Part shown: piece after piece, positions 27,837-41,300 of the stretch
Layout: the number at the start of each line of letters is the position of its first letter
Position numbering within the stretch: position 1 is the first letter of the stretch
NCBI GenBank assembly: GCA_965220345.1
Contig: OZ244822.1
Coordinates: 1,222,669 to 1,286,668 of the forward strand
DNA length: 64,000 nt
Direction: 5' to 3'
Source: Candidatus Aldehydirespirator sp.
GTDB taxonomy: Bacteria > Actinomycetota > Acidimicrobiia > Acidimicrobiales > Aldehydirespiratoraceae
The notes under the pieces: model-generated
What the model was told of the DNA's origin: nothing
Seen by the model: only the letters and a program-made list of their open reading frames with translations
The model's database searches: none
Translations under genes and position numbers: made by a program

Positions 27837-29261
27837 ATGCAAACACAAATGCTGATCGATGGTCGTTGGCGTGACGGAACCGCTGAAAGGATCGAGGTGC
27901 TTGATCCGGCGACCGGTGAGGCCATAGCCGATGTCGCTGCTGGCACCCCCGCCGACGCTTTGGCGGCATGTGACGCGGCTGAGACCGCTCAACACAAATG
28001 GGCGGCTGCGGCACCCCGAGAGCGTTCCGAGATTCTGCGTGCCTGCTACGAGATCCTGTTGGAGCACAGTTTCGAGATCGCTGAACTGATCACCCGCGAG
28101 CATGGCAAGCCTCTGGCTGACGCAGCCGGTGAAGTGGCATACTCAGCAGAGTTCTTCCGCTGGAACGCTGAAGAGGCAGTGCGTGTTCATGGCTCGCTCG
28201 GTGTTGCTCCATCTGGAGACAAGCGCATCATCGTGCGTCATCCGCCGGTGGGTGTGGTGGCCATGGTCACGCCCTGGAACTTCCCTGCGGCGATGATCGC
28301 CCGCAAAATCGCGCCTGCTCTCGCTGCGGGCAACGCGGCAGTGATCAAACCAGCGCGTGACACGCCACTTACAGCGCTGCGGGTTGCGCAACTACTTGAA
28401 GAAGCAGGTGTGCCGTCAGGTTTGGTGAACGTGGTGCCGACGACCTCCTCAGGCGACTGGTTTGATGCGGTATCGGATCATCGGGCGGTGCGGATGGTGT
28501 CATTCACCGGCTCCACCGAAGTCGGGAAAATGCTGTTGCGGCGTTGCGCCGACCGGGTGCTCAAGGTCGGCATGGAACTCGGCGGCAACGCCCCCTTCAT
28601 AGTGTTCGCCGATGCCGACATGGATGCAGCGGTAGCTGGGGCTGTCACCGCCAAGATGCGCCATTCGGCTGAAGTTTGCACAGCCGCCAACCGGTTTTTC
28701 GTGGAAGCCCCAGTGGTTGAAGAGTTCACGCAACGCCTCGCCGAGGCGATGAGTGCGATCCGAGTCGGCAACGGCTTCGACCCTAGTGTTGCCTGCGGTC
28801 CGATGATCAACGCGGGAGCAGTCACCAACATCGAGATGCTTGTTCAAGGTGCGCTCAACCATGGAGCCCGCAAAGTCAACGGCGGGGGACCGGTAGACGG
28901 GCCGGGTTTCTTCTATGAGCCTACGGTGCTCGCCGATGTGGATATGTCGTCACCGATCACAAGCCAAGAAATCTTCGGCCCGGTCGCGCCGGTGATCACC
29001 TTCAACGACACCGAGTCGATGATCGCATCAGCCAACGACACCGAGATGGGGTTGATCGGCTACGTCTACACAGATGACCTTGCGAAGGGTTTGCATGTCA
29101 GCGAGCGTATTGAGGCAGGCATGGTAGGGATCAATCGAGGTGCTATTTCGGATCCAGCGGCTCCTTTCGGCGGCATGAAACAGTCTGGTCTAGGCCGCGA
29201 GGGAGCGTCGGAGGGCATCTACGAGTTCTGCGAAACCCAATACATAGCCGCCGACTGGTAA
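27837..29261 (+). CDS. gabD: NAD(P)-dependent succinate-semialdehyde dehydrogenase
   Basis: MELGGNAP, the catalytic Cys in EVCTAANR, and EEPFGGMKQSGLGREG-type C-terminus. GGAGG lies 8 nt upstream of the ATG at 27837. Confidence 0.8.
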   Translation: MQTQMLIDGRWRDGTAERIEVLDPATGEAIADVAAGTPADALAACDAAETAQHKWAAAAPRERSEILRACYEILLEHSFEIAELITREHGKPLADAAGEVAYSAEFFRWNAEEAVRVHGSLGVAPSGDKRIIVRHPPVGVVAMVTPWNFPAAMIARKIAPALAAGNAAVIKPARDTPLTALRVAQLLEEAGVPSGLVNVVPTTSSGDWFDAVSDHRAVRMVSFTGSTEVGKMLLRRCADRVLKVGMELGGNAPFIVFADADMDAAVAGAVTAKMRHSAEVCTAANRFFVEAPVVEEFTQRLAEAMSAIRVGNGFDPSVACGPMINAGAVTNIEMLVQGALNHGARKVNGGGPVDGPGFFYEPTVLADVDMSSPITSQEIFGPVAPVITFNDTESMIASANDTEMGLIGYVYTDDLAKGLHVSERIEAGMVGINRGAISDPAAPFGGMKQSGLGREGASEGIYEFCETQYIAADW

Positions 29262-29379
29262 GTCTTACTGGGTTCAGCTGCGCAACTTTGTAGAGGTAGT
29301 GTGCCAGCTGGCATGGTCACAGGTGTGCCCGTAGTAAATCTCGGTGGGTGTGGAGCTTGTGAACCTAGATAAGTGATGG

Positions 29380-32300
29380 TTAGTCGTTGTCTTTGATGGT
29401 CAAGACGGGTTGCTTGTCGCTTATATGCACGCCTTGGGGTTCTGACAACACGATCGTGAACGTTTCATCAGGTTCTTTGACGCGATCATTCAACGCGTAA
29501 ATCAAACCAATATTGGAAGTCGCACCCGGCCTGAAACTAATAGACGAAGTCCGCACCACGAAATCTTCGCCTGCTGTCGCATACCCAGCACCGGTACCAA
29601 GCACCCCAGGAGTGTACTTAACCGTCACCCGCTCACTAGCAGGCTTACTCAGCTTGAAACGTATCAAATAAAACGGACTCCGGCCCTCAACATAAGTACT
29701 TTCTTCCACAGAAATCGTGACCGCATCCGCAGGCGGCGCGGGTGGTGGTGGGTCGTCATCGTCTGTGATGTTGACGGTTGCGGTTGATGCTGAGGAGTCC
29801 AGGGTGTAGTTGCTGCCAGTGTTGACCGTGACAGTGACCGAACCATTGGCTTCATCAGTCGTGTCGCCTGTGGTAGCGATAGTGAGCGTGGCGGTGCCGC
29901 TGGTGGGGATGGTGACTGTGCGGCTGCCGGTAGTAACACCATAATCACCAGAAGCGGTGACAGTAACGTTTACGGTGATGCTGGAGTGCGGTGCTGGGTC
30001 AGCGGTGAGTGTGAAGGTTGCGTTGCTGCCCTCGGTGACATCACTGCCTGCAGCAATACTAACCTCAGGCACATCATCGTCAGATACTGCAACGGTTGCA
30101 GTCGATGCTGAAGAGTCAAGGTCGTATGCAGCACCATCGGCCAAAGTGACAGTGACCGAGCCGTTGGCTTCATCGACTGTGTCACCGGTGGTAGCGATTG
30201 TGACCGTGGCAGTGCCGGATGTTCCGATTGTTACTATGCGGCTACCGGTATTGACACCGAAGCTGCCTGAAGCAGACACATTCACGGTCACATTAAGGTT
30301 TGACGCAGGTGCCGGGCTAGCAGTAAACGTGAACGACGCAGTGCCACCCTCGGTAATGCCATTACCAGCAGTAACACCAACCACAGGAGTCACTGCTGGT
30401 AATACGGGCGGGTCGTCATCATCGGATATGGCAACAGTTGCAGCCGATGCTGAAGAGTCAACGTTGTAGCTGTTACCAGTGTTAACCGTGACAGTCACTG
30501 AACCGTCAGCCTCGTCTGTGCTGTCTCCTGTGGTGGCGATTGTGAACGTGGCGGTGCCCGATGTGGGGATGGTGACTGTTCGGTTGCCAGTAGTAACACC
30601 ATAGGCACCGCTAGCTGACACGGTGACGGTCACATTAAGGTTTGATGCAGGTGCCGGGCTAGCAGTAAACGTAAACGATGCACTGCCACCCTCTGTGACG
30701 TTACTGCCAGCAGTAACACCAACCACAGGAGTTGCCGGTGTCGGCGGTGGTAATACGGGTGGATCATCATCGTCTGCGATGTTGACGGTTGCAGCCGATG
30801 CTGTGGAATCAATGTTGTAGCCGCTGCCGGTGTTGAGTGTGGCTGTGACTGAGCCGTTGACTTCATCAGTCGTGTCGCCGGTGGTGGCGATTGTGAGCGT
30901 TGCGGTGCCAGATGTTCCGATAGTGACTGTCTGGTTGCCTGTGGTAACGCCGTAGCTGCCTGTGGCGGTGACAGCAACGGTTACATTGAGGTTCGCTGAA
31001 GGTGCCGGGTTTGCAGTCAACGTAAACGATGCGTTGCTGCCTTCAGTGATGTTGCTGCCTGCTGTGATGCTGATTTCGGGTGTGGTCGGGGTTTGTGGGT
31101 TGTTGGCAAGGGCTTGTAATGCGATTACGACTGGATCCCAGCGAGTGCTCCAGAACTGGTTCGCGAAGCCTTGGGCTTCGATGAGGGTTATTGGTGTGCC
31201 GGTGAAACCGGGCACGTTTTCACCGAACGCGAGTAGTACTCGTTTCCAGCGGTTGACGTGATCTTCGCCGTTATCTGTTTCGGTTGCGTAACCCTGCACG
31301 TCAGTGATCAACTGTGCGGGCACCACATAAACAGCAGCAGCATCATCGTCTGCAACATTCACGGTGGCGGCTGATGCTGTGGAGTCGATGTTGTAACCGG
31401 TGCCGGTGTTGACTGTGACGGTTACTGTGCCGTTGGCTTCGTTGGTGGTGTCGCCTGTGGTAGCAACAGTGAGCGTTGCGGTGCCAGATGTTGGGATGGT
31501 GACTGTTTGGCTGCCGGTAGTGACACCATAGGCACCAGTGGCGGACACAGTGACGTTTACGGTGATGCTGCTATGCGGGGTTGGATCCGCGGTCAACGTG
31601 AACGATGCATTAGCGCCTTCAGTGATGTTGCTGCCTGCGGTGATACTGACTTCGGGCACATCATCATCAGCAATATTTACTGTTGCTGCCGATGCTGTGG
31701 AATCAATGTTGTAGCCGCTGCCGGTGTTGAGTGTGGCTGTGACTGAGCCGTTGGCTTCATCAGTCGTGTCGCCGGTGGTGGCGATTGTGAGCGTTGCGGT
31801 GCCAGATGTTGGGATGGTGACTGTTTGTGATCCTGTGGTAACGCCGTAGCTGCCTGTGGCGGTGACAGCAACGGTTACATCAAGGTTCGCTGACGGTGCC
31901 GGGTTTGCTGTGAGTGTGAACGTGGCGTTGCTGCCTTCAGTGATGTTGCTGCCTGCTGTGATGCTGATTTCGGGTGTGGTCGGGGTTTGTGGGTTGTTGG
32001 CAAGGGCTTGTAATGCGATTACGACTGGATCCCAGCGAGTGCTCCAGAACTGGCTAGCGAAACCTTGCGCTTCAACAAGGGTCATTGGTGTGCCGGTGAA
32101 ACCGGGCACGTCTTCACCAAAGGCGAGTAGTACTCGTTTCCAACGGTTGACGTGATCTTCACCGTTATCTGTTTCGGTTGCGTAACCCTGCACGTCAGTG
32201 ATCAACTGTGCAGGCACCACATAAACAGCAGCAGCATCATCGTCTGCAACATTCACGGTGGCGGCTGATGCTGTGGAGTCGATGCTGTAACCGGTGCCGG

Positions 32301-35300
32301 TGTTGACTGTGACGGTTACTGTGCCGTTGGCTTCGTTGGTGGTGTCGCCTGTGGTAGCAACAGTGAGCGTTGCGGTGCCAGATGTTGGGATGGTGACTGT
32401 TTGTGATCCTGTGGTAACGCCGTAGCTGCCTGTGGCGGTGACAGCCACGTTTACATCAAGGTTCGCTGAAGGTGCTGGGTTAGCGGTCACGGTGAACGTG
32501 GCGTTGCTGCCTTCAGTGATGTTGCTGCCAGCGGTGATACTGACTTCGGGCACATCATCATCGCTAATGTTGACAGTCGCTGCTGATGCTGTGGAATCAA
32601 TGTTGTAGCCGCTGCCGGTGTTGAGTGTGGCTGTGACTGAGCCGTTGACTTCGTCTGTGCTGTCTCCTGTGGTAGCGATTGTGAGCGTTGCGGTGCCAGA
32701 TGTTGGGATGGTGACTGTTTGTGATCCTGTGGTAACGCCGTAGCTGCCTGTGGCGGTGACAGCAACGGTTACATCAAGGTTCGCTGACGGTGCCGGGTTT
32801 GCTGTGAGTGTGAACGTGGCGTTGCTGCCTTCAGTGATGTTGCTGCCTGCGGTGATACTGACTTCGGGCACATCATCATCGCTAATGTTGACAGTCGCTG
32901 CTGATGCTGTGGAATCAATGTTGTAGCCGCTGCCGGTGTTGAGTGTGGCTGTGACTGAGCCGTTGGCTTCATCAGTTGTGTCGCCGGTGGTGGCGATTGT
33001 GAGCGTTGCGGTGCCAGACGTTCCGATGGTGATGGTTTGTGATCCTGTGGTAACGCCGTAGCTACCTGTGGCGGTGACAGCCACAGTGACATCAAGATTC
33101 GATGCGGGTGCCGGGTTAGCGGTCACGGTGAACGTGGCGTTGCTGCCCTCAGTGATGTTGCTGCCTGCTGTGATGCTGATTTCGGGTGTGGTCGGGGTTT
33201 GTGGGTTGTTGGCAAGGGCTTGTAATGCGATTACGACTGGATCCCAGCGAGTGCTCCAGAACTGGTTCGCGAAGCCTTGGGCTTCGATGAGGGTTATTGG
33301 TGTACCGGTGAAACCGGGCACGTTTTCACCGAACGCGAGTAGTACTCGTTTCCAGCGGTTGACGTGATCTTCGCCGTTATCTGTTTCGGTTGCGTAACCC
33401 TGCACGTCAGTGATCAACTGTGCGGGCACCACATAAACAGCAGCAGCATCATCGTCTGCAACATTCACGGTGGCGGTTGATGCTGTGGAGTCGATGTTGT
33501 AGCCGGTGCCGGTGTTGACTGTGACGGTTACTGTGCCGTTGGCTTCGTTGGTGGTGTCGCCTGTGGTAGCAACAGTGAGCGTTGCGGTGCCAGATGTTGG
33601 GATGGTGACTGTTTGGCTGCCGGTAGTGACACCATAGGCACCAGTGGCGGACACAGTGATGTTTACGGTGATGCTGCTATGCGGGGTTGGATCCGCGGTC
33701 AACGTGAACGATGCATTAGCGCCTTCAGTGATGTTGCTGCCTGCGGTGATACTGACTTCGGGCACATCATCATCAGCAATATTTACTGTTGCTGCTGATG
33801 CTGTGGAATCAATGTTGTAGCCGCTGCCGGTGTTGAGTGTGGCTGTGACTGAGCCGTTGGCTTCATCAGTTGTGTCGCCGGTGGTGGCGATTGTGAGCGT
33901 TGCGGTGCCAGACGTTCCGATGGTGATGGTTTGTGATCCTGTGGTAACGCCGTAGCTACCTGTGGCGGTGACAGCCACAGTGACATCAAGATTCGATGCG
34001 GGTGCCGGGTTAGCGGTCACGGTGAACGTGGCGTTGCTGCCCTCAGTGATGTTGCTGCCTGCTGTGATGCTGATTTCGGGTGTGGTCGGGGTTTGTGGGT
34101 TGTTGGCAAGGGCTTGTAATGCGATTACGACTGGATCCCAGCGAGTGCTCCAGAACTGGTTCGCGAAGCCTTGGGCTTCGATGAGGGTTATTGGTGTACC
34201 GGTGAAACCGGGCACGTTTTCACCGAACGCGAGTAGTACTCGTTTCCAGCGGTTGACGTGATCTTCGCCGTTATCTGTTTCGGTTGCGTAACCCTGCACG
34301 TCAGTGATCAACTGTGCGGGCACCACATAAACAGCAGCAGCATCATCGTCTGCAACATTCACGGTGGCGGTTGATGCTGTGGAGTCGATGTTGTAACCGG
34401 TGCCGGTGTTGAGTGTGACGGTTACTGTGCCGTTGGCTTCGTTGGTGGTGTCGCCTGTGGTAGCAACAGTGAGCGTTGCGGTGCCAGATGTTGGGATGGT
34501 GACTGTTTGGCTGCCGGTAGTGACACCATAGGCACCAGTGGCGGACACAGTGATGTTTACGGTGATGCTGCTATGCGGGGTTGGATCCGCTGTTAACGTG
34601 AACGATGCATTAGCGCCTTCAGTGATGTTGCTGCCTGCGGTGATACTGACTTCGGGCACATCATCATCAGCAATATTTACTGTTGCTGCTGATGCTGTGG
34701 AATCAATGTTGTAGCCGCTGCCGGTGTTGAGTGTGGCTGTGACTGAGCCGTTGGCTTCATCAGTCGTGTCGCCGGTGGTGGCGATTGTGAGCGTTGCGGT
34801 GCCAGACGTTCCGATGGTGATGGTTTGTGATCCTGTGGTAACGCCGTAGCTACCTGTGGCGGTGACAGCCACAGTGACATCAAGATTCGATGCGGGTGCC
34901 GGGTTAGCGGTCACGGTGAACGTGGCGTTGCTGCCCTCAGTGATATTACTGCCGGCGGTGATACTGACCTCAGGCACATCATCATCGCTAATGTTGACGG
35001 TCGCAGCCGATGCTGACGAATCCAGATCATAAGCAGCACCGTCTACGAGTGTGGCGGTGACCGATCCGTTGGCTTCATTGATTGCGTCACCTGTGGTGGC
35101 GATGGCGAGCGTTGCGGTGCCGGTGGTTCCGATGGTTACTGTTTGGTTGCCTGTGGTGACACCATAACTACCGGAAGCAGTGACGGTGACAGTGACATCC
35201 AGGTTTGCTTTGGGTGCTGGACTAGCAGTCAACGTGAATGAAGCACTACTGCCTTCAGTCACGCCGCTGCCAGCGGCGATACCAACCGTAGGCACATCGT

Positions 35301-38300
35301 TGTCGGTTATAGCAACGGTTGCTGCTGATGCCGATGAGTCCAGGGTGTAGTTGTTGCCGGTGTTAACTGTGACGGTTACTGAACCGTCAGCCTCGTCGGT
35401 GGTGTCGCCTGTAGTGGCGATTGTGAGTGTGGCAGTACCGGATGTTGGAATGGTGACGGTGCGGCTGCCGGTGGTGACACCGTAATCACCGCTGGCAGTG
35501 ACAGTCACGTTGACGGTGATGCTGCTATATGGTGCCGGGTCTGCAGCTAACGTGAATGAAGCACGGCTGCCCTCGGTGACAGTATTATTGCCAGCGGTGA
35601 TACTAACTTCTGGCACATCATCGTCAGTTACTGCAACGGTTGCGGTGGATGCCAATGAATCCAGATCATAACCAGCACCGTCTATGAGCGTGGCTGAAAC
35701 TGAACCGTTGGCTTCATCAGCGCTGTCGCCGGTAGTTGCGATTGTGAGTGTGGCGGTGCCTGATGTTGGAATGGTGACAGTTTGGTTGCCTGTGGTGACA
35801 CCGTAGTTACCTGTGGCGGTGACAGCAACGGTTACGTCAAGGTTCGCTTTGGGTACTGGGTCTGCAGTCAACGTAAAGGTTGCGTTGCTGCCTTCAGTAA
35901 CAGCATTACCAGAAGCGATACTGATTTCAGGGATGTCATCGTCAGCGATGTAGACGGCCGCAGCCGATGCTGACGAATCCAGATCATAAGCAGCACCATC
36001 AACCAAAGTGGCTGTTACCGTGCCGGTGGCTTCATCAACGCTGTCGTCTGTAGTGGCGATTGTGAGTGTGGCGGTGCCTGATGTTGGGATGGTGACTGTT
36101 TGGTTGCCTGTGGTGACACCGTAGTTACCTGTGGCGGTGACAGCAACGGTTACGTCAAGGTTCGCTTTGGGTACTGGACTGGCGGTGAGCGTGAACGATG
36201 CACTGCCGCCCTCGGTGACAGCAGTCCCAGCGGTTATACCGACCGTGGGAACATCATTATCGGTTACAGCAACGGTCGCTGCTGATGCCGATGAGTCCAA
36301 GTTGTAGGTGGCACCGTCTACCAGAGTTGCGGTGACTGAACCGTCAACTTCATCAACTGTGTCGCCTGTGGTGGCAACAGTGAGTGTGGCGGTGCCTGAC
36401 GTTGGAATGGTGACAGTTTGGTTGCCTGTGGTGACACCATAACTACCTGTGGCGGTGACTTTGACAGTTACGTCAATGCTGGTGTGTGGTGTTGGGTCTG
36501 CAGTCAACTTGAACGACGCGCTGTTGCCCTCAGTCACGTCGCTGCCTGCAGCAATACTGATCTCAGGCACATCATCATCTGCGATATTGACGGTTGCAGC
36601 TGATGCAGACGAGTCCAAGGTGTAACCATTGCCGGTGTTGAGCGTGGCAGTCACAGAACCGTCAGCCTCATCAGTGCTGTCACCTGTGGTGGCAACAGTG
36701 AACGTGACGGTGCCAGACGTTGGAATAGTGACTGTTTGTGATCCTGTGGTAACGCCGTAGCTGCCTGTGGCAGACACGGTAACGTTTACGGTGATGCTGC
36801 TATGCGGGGTTGGATCCGCGGTCAACGTGAACGATGCATTAGCGCCTTCAGTGATATTGCTGCCTGCAGCAATACTGATTTCGGGCACATCATCGTCTGT
36901 GATATTGACGGTTGCTGATGATGCAGATGAGTCCAGATCATAAGCAGCATCGTCGACAAGAGTGACGGTTACGGAACCGTCAGCTTCGTTTGTGGTGTCG
37001 CCGGTGGTAGCGATTGAAAACGTGGTCGATGCAGTGTTGGTCCCGATAGTGATTGTTTTTGTGCCAGTCGTGACACCATAGTCGCCTGAAGTGGTGACTC
37101 TGTAGTTAATTGTGAGGGGTGATTTGGGTATGGGCTTAGGCGTAATCGTAAATTGAGCATTTCCACCTTCGGTGATAGCGCTACCAGCGGTAACACTGAT
37201 TACTGATGGATCATCATCATCAACGATATTAACGGTTGCTGCTGACGCTGATGATTTCAAGTCGTAGTTGGTGCTGTCAACAAGAGTTGCTGTGACCGAG
37301 CCGTCGGCTTCGCTTGTGCTGTCACCCGTGGTGGCTAAGTCTAAGGTTGTTCTACCAGCGGTATTGCCAGCGGCAGGTATTGTTACAGTGTGTGATCCTG
37401 CGGTCACTCCATAATCACCAGACGCAGTCACTGCGACATTTACATCAAGATCGGAGTGCGGCCATGGGTCAGCCAACACTTTGAACGACGCGGGACTGCC
37501 TTCTGTTACTTTACTCTTGCTGGAAGTGATACTTATTACGGGGATGTCATCGTCAGCGATATTAACGGTTGCTGCTGACGCTGATGCTTTCAAGTCGTAG
37601 TCAGTGCCGTCAGCTAGTGTAACGGTTACGTACCCGTCGGGTTCGTTTATGAGGTCATCAATGACGGCTACACTGAAATAGGCGACACCTCTGGAACTGA
37701 TAAAGATTGTTCCTGTGGTACTACCGAAGACACCAAAGTTATTTGAGCCACTTGCATTCCAGCGAACTTTGATAGGTGATGTGGGTACAGGGTTAGCGGT
37801 GAGCTTGAATCTAGCCCAGCTAGCCTCGGTGACATCACCTTCGGAGAAGATGCTCACTCTGGGCAATGGTGCACCAGCGCCGTAGTCGGATACTGCTACC
37901 GAAGCCGATGGCTTTGAATAAACGTCGTAGGAAGTACCGTCAACGACGGTGACGGTCACGGCGCCGTCGGCACCGTCTGTTGAGTCATGATCGACGGGAA
38001 TGGTCAGAGTGGCTGTTCCATTTGTGGGGATGGTTACCGTCTGAGGGGTAGTATCAACATCGAAACTACCTTTAGAGGTGAGTGTGACATCTACTTCTAG
38101 GTCAGATGCAGGGCCTGGGAGGGCTCGCAGCGTAAAGGTAGCATCGTCGCCTTCGCTGATGTCAGGACCAGCATCAATAATCACCACAGGTGTTCTTGCC
38201 TGTGCTGCTTCAAGTTTACGAAGTTCGGCTGCGACATTAGTCCAGTCGGCGTGTAATGCATTATCAGCGTATGTTTGTGCTTCGGTAGCGGTCATAGCGC

Positions 38301-41300
38301 CACCGGTAACACCAGAAGGATTGTCACCGAATGCTAGTAATACTCGTCTCCATAGATTGATAATGTCAGGTTTGAACATGTAGACTATACTTGTTGAGTG
38401 CGCTCTTGCTTTAGCGAGTAGGGTCGCATCAACAGTGAACGCAGCGTTGTCGATATCGGTGATGTTGGCAGTAGCAGAAACACTATTCTTGCGGGGTACG
38501 GGATAGTAACTGTCGTCTGTGGAGGATTGCACTTTGACGGTGACACTACCGTCGGGTTGATTGAACCGGTGCTTCACAGTGGGTATTGTGAGTTTGGCAG
38601 TGCCGCTAGTGTCTATAGTTACTGTGCGGGTGGAGGTATCAACCCCGAAATATCCGGTTTCTTTTACAGAGACTGCCACGGTAAGAGGTGCGCTCGGTGC
38701 CGGGAATGCGGTAAGCGTGAAGGAAGCGTCTTCACCTTCCTCAATGTCACCGTCAGAGGCAACACGCACACGCGGTAGATCATCAGACATCGTGACAGTA
38801 ACAGGATTCTTGCCGCTGATCTTGTAACTGGTAGAAGAATTGATAGTTGCCCGAATCACGCGGTCTGGTTCGTCGATTTGATCCAACACAGTCTTGACAG
38901 CAACCTTGATAGGTTTGCCAGTGATAAACTTATTGGCTTGAATTAACCAGTCATGAGTCATATAGATTCGGGGACGACCTTCTTCTGTAACTTCGACCCA
39001 AACTTCGAGGGGCTTTGCAGGTTTTCTGTCCATTGTCAACTCAAAGACAATGTCCTCGCCTTCGTAAAAGAGAGTTCTGGCAGGCTTGATGGTTACTATC
39101 GGTTGGTCGTCGTCTAAGATGAATATTTGTTTAGCGATGCCGTTTGATACGTGAGGGGCTTGTAGAGCGCCGATTTTGATGTTGATTGCTTCGGTGAGTT
39201 CGTGTGTGTTGTCTTCGGTGGTGGAGATGGTGGCTGAACCTTTATTTGATCCAGCGGGGATTGTGATTGATTTGAGTTCTGTGTAGTCGGGGTTTGCTTT
39301 CCCTGGTGGGGTAGCCCCGCTGCCGGGTGTTACTACGATAGGCACGATAAGATCAGAAGTGAGGGGTGCGCCTGTGTGAGTGACGCTGATAGTAGTGTCA
39401 TCACCTTCGGTGACAGTTGACTGTGTTGACAGTGACAGCACTTCGGTGCGTGACGGGTTATGCCCATAAACTGTTACACCCCAAGAGTCTAGCCTAGCGT
39501 AGTTAGCGTCATTGATATTCTCGATTTTGAGTTTCCAAGTGCCAGTAGAGGTTTCTCCGAGATGACGCACCGAAGCGAACTTGAAATCGCCGTACAGTGA
39601 ACATAAGCAAAGTCGACCAGCAGCGAAACTAGGATTGACTAGTACTGATTCTTTGCCGCTCGGAGAAACTAGCGTAAGTTTGAGGCTACGGAAATGTGGT
39701 GTTTCCATGTCGATGTTGACATCAACATGCTCCACGAAACTAATATCAGAACTAAGGTTAAGTGTAAATTCTTTGCTGCCGTCGGCTTTGCTGATCGTAG
39801 CAGCTGGTTTTGCCGAAGCTGATGCTGAGATCATTGGAGGTAACAATTTCCAGTTCTGGGCAGCAGTTACAGCAGCAGACGCGTCAACGAGACCGAACCC
39901 GTATTTACGGCTATAAGAATATGAATCTGTGGTAGAACCATATTTGAAGGCACCAGACTGCCAACTAGAGTCGCTGCTATCATTCTTTTGTGCTGTGCCA
40001 GCAAGTATCAATTTGACATCACGCCAAGTCAGATTCTTGTTCGCGCTGCGTACTAGCGCTGCTACTCCTGAAACCATCGGCGCTGAAAAGCTAGTACCAC
40101 GCAAACCAACATGATAATGGTTTTTGCCGATCGTACTCAACAAATCATGACGCGACGCAGTCTTTTCTCCCGATGGGCCACAAACCCACAAATTTGGCCC
40201 TTCCTCAGAATAGATTGCAGAAGTACCAGCGGAGTTCACAGCACATGCGACAACCACACCATAATGACTGTTGTTTTCCTCAAGGGAAGCTTCATCACCA
40301 AAACCGCCGTCTTTGCCGTTGCCTGCGCCTTTGACATGTAGCGTGCCCTTACCACCAAAACCAGACTCAAGACTCTGCTCCAATGCAGCAGAACTCAACC
40401 TAGCCATGCGATATAAGCGGCCATTCCCCCACTGGGCGTAGCTATGATTAGCCACCGCTACGGTATTAGCGCGATGCAAAAACCTTTGCGTCTCTGAATA
40501 AGAATTCTGCCAGTGAACATAGTTGACGTTCAACAAACTCGCGCGTGGTGCTACGCCACGACCACCGATCGTGTTGTCGCGTGCGCCTATGATTCCCGCA
40601 ACAGCTGTTGCATGCCATGGTGCGTGGGTTCCGGTTTCACCTGTGAGTCCACCCCAATTAGTGCTAGCAGCACGGTTGGCGTTACCAACTAGATCCTCAT
40701 GCCCAGCCTCCCAGGTATTGTCTACTACTGACACGGTGATCCCGTCACCTTGAGTGGTTTTCCACACTTCGCCGATGTTGATGTCTACCTGCGGCTTATA
40801 CGTCTTACCGCCCGCAATAAGACCGAGAGCTTTGCTGCGGTCAAAATGCCACAAACACGCCGACAACGCATCGCTAAGCGGTGGATTATTCGACGTGCAT
40901 ACGTTTATCGTAGCAGTGTTGATCGAAGGATATGACACTGGAACCGACTCAGAAACATCAATCACGGCTGGAGTGAACATGTTAGGAGTAACCGACTCCA
41001 CACCAGGTGCCTGCGACAACAACTGCACTAACTTTAGCGACTCTGCATCAGAGGAAGTATCAATCATAAACGCGTGCGGTAAACCCTCAACCGCTGACAC
41101 ACGCCTCAAATCAATGTTGTATTGCGTCCACAAAGCGTTGATATCAGCAACGCTGAGACCAGCTTCAAACAATATCAGCACACCACCCACCGGCAAAAAC
41201 AACTGACCCGTATCAGAAACGAACCAATTATCAGCCTGCTGCTGAACCACAGCACTAGTCTCATTAGACAGCCCGTCATGGGTTGGCACGTAACTAACCG

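Noticed and set aside
30962-34261. Four near-identical 99-aa plus-strand ORFs (30962, 31856, 33068, 33962), plus further small ORFs on both strands inside 29.4-41.9 kb
   Set aside because: They are shadow ORFs lying antisense to, or in alternative frames of, the 4165-aa gene. Their repetition only mirrors the higher-order repeats of that gene.
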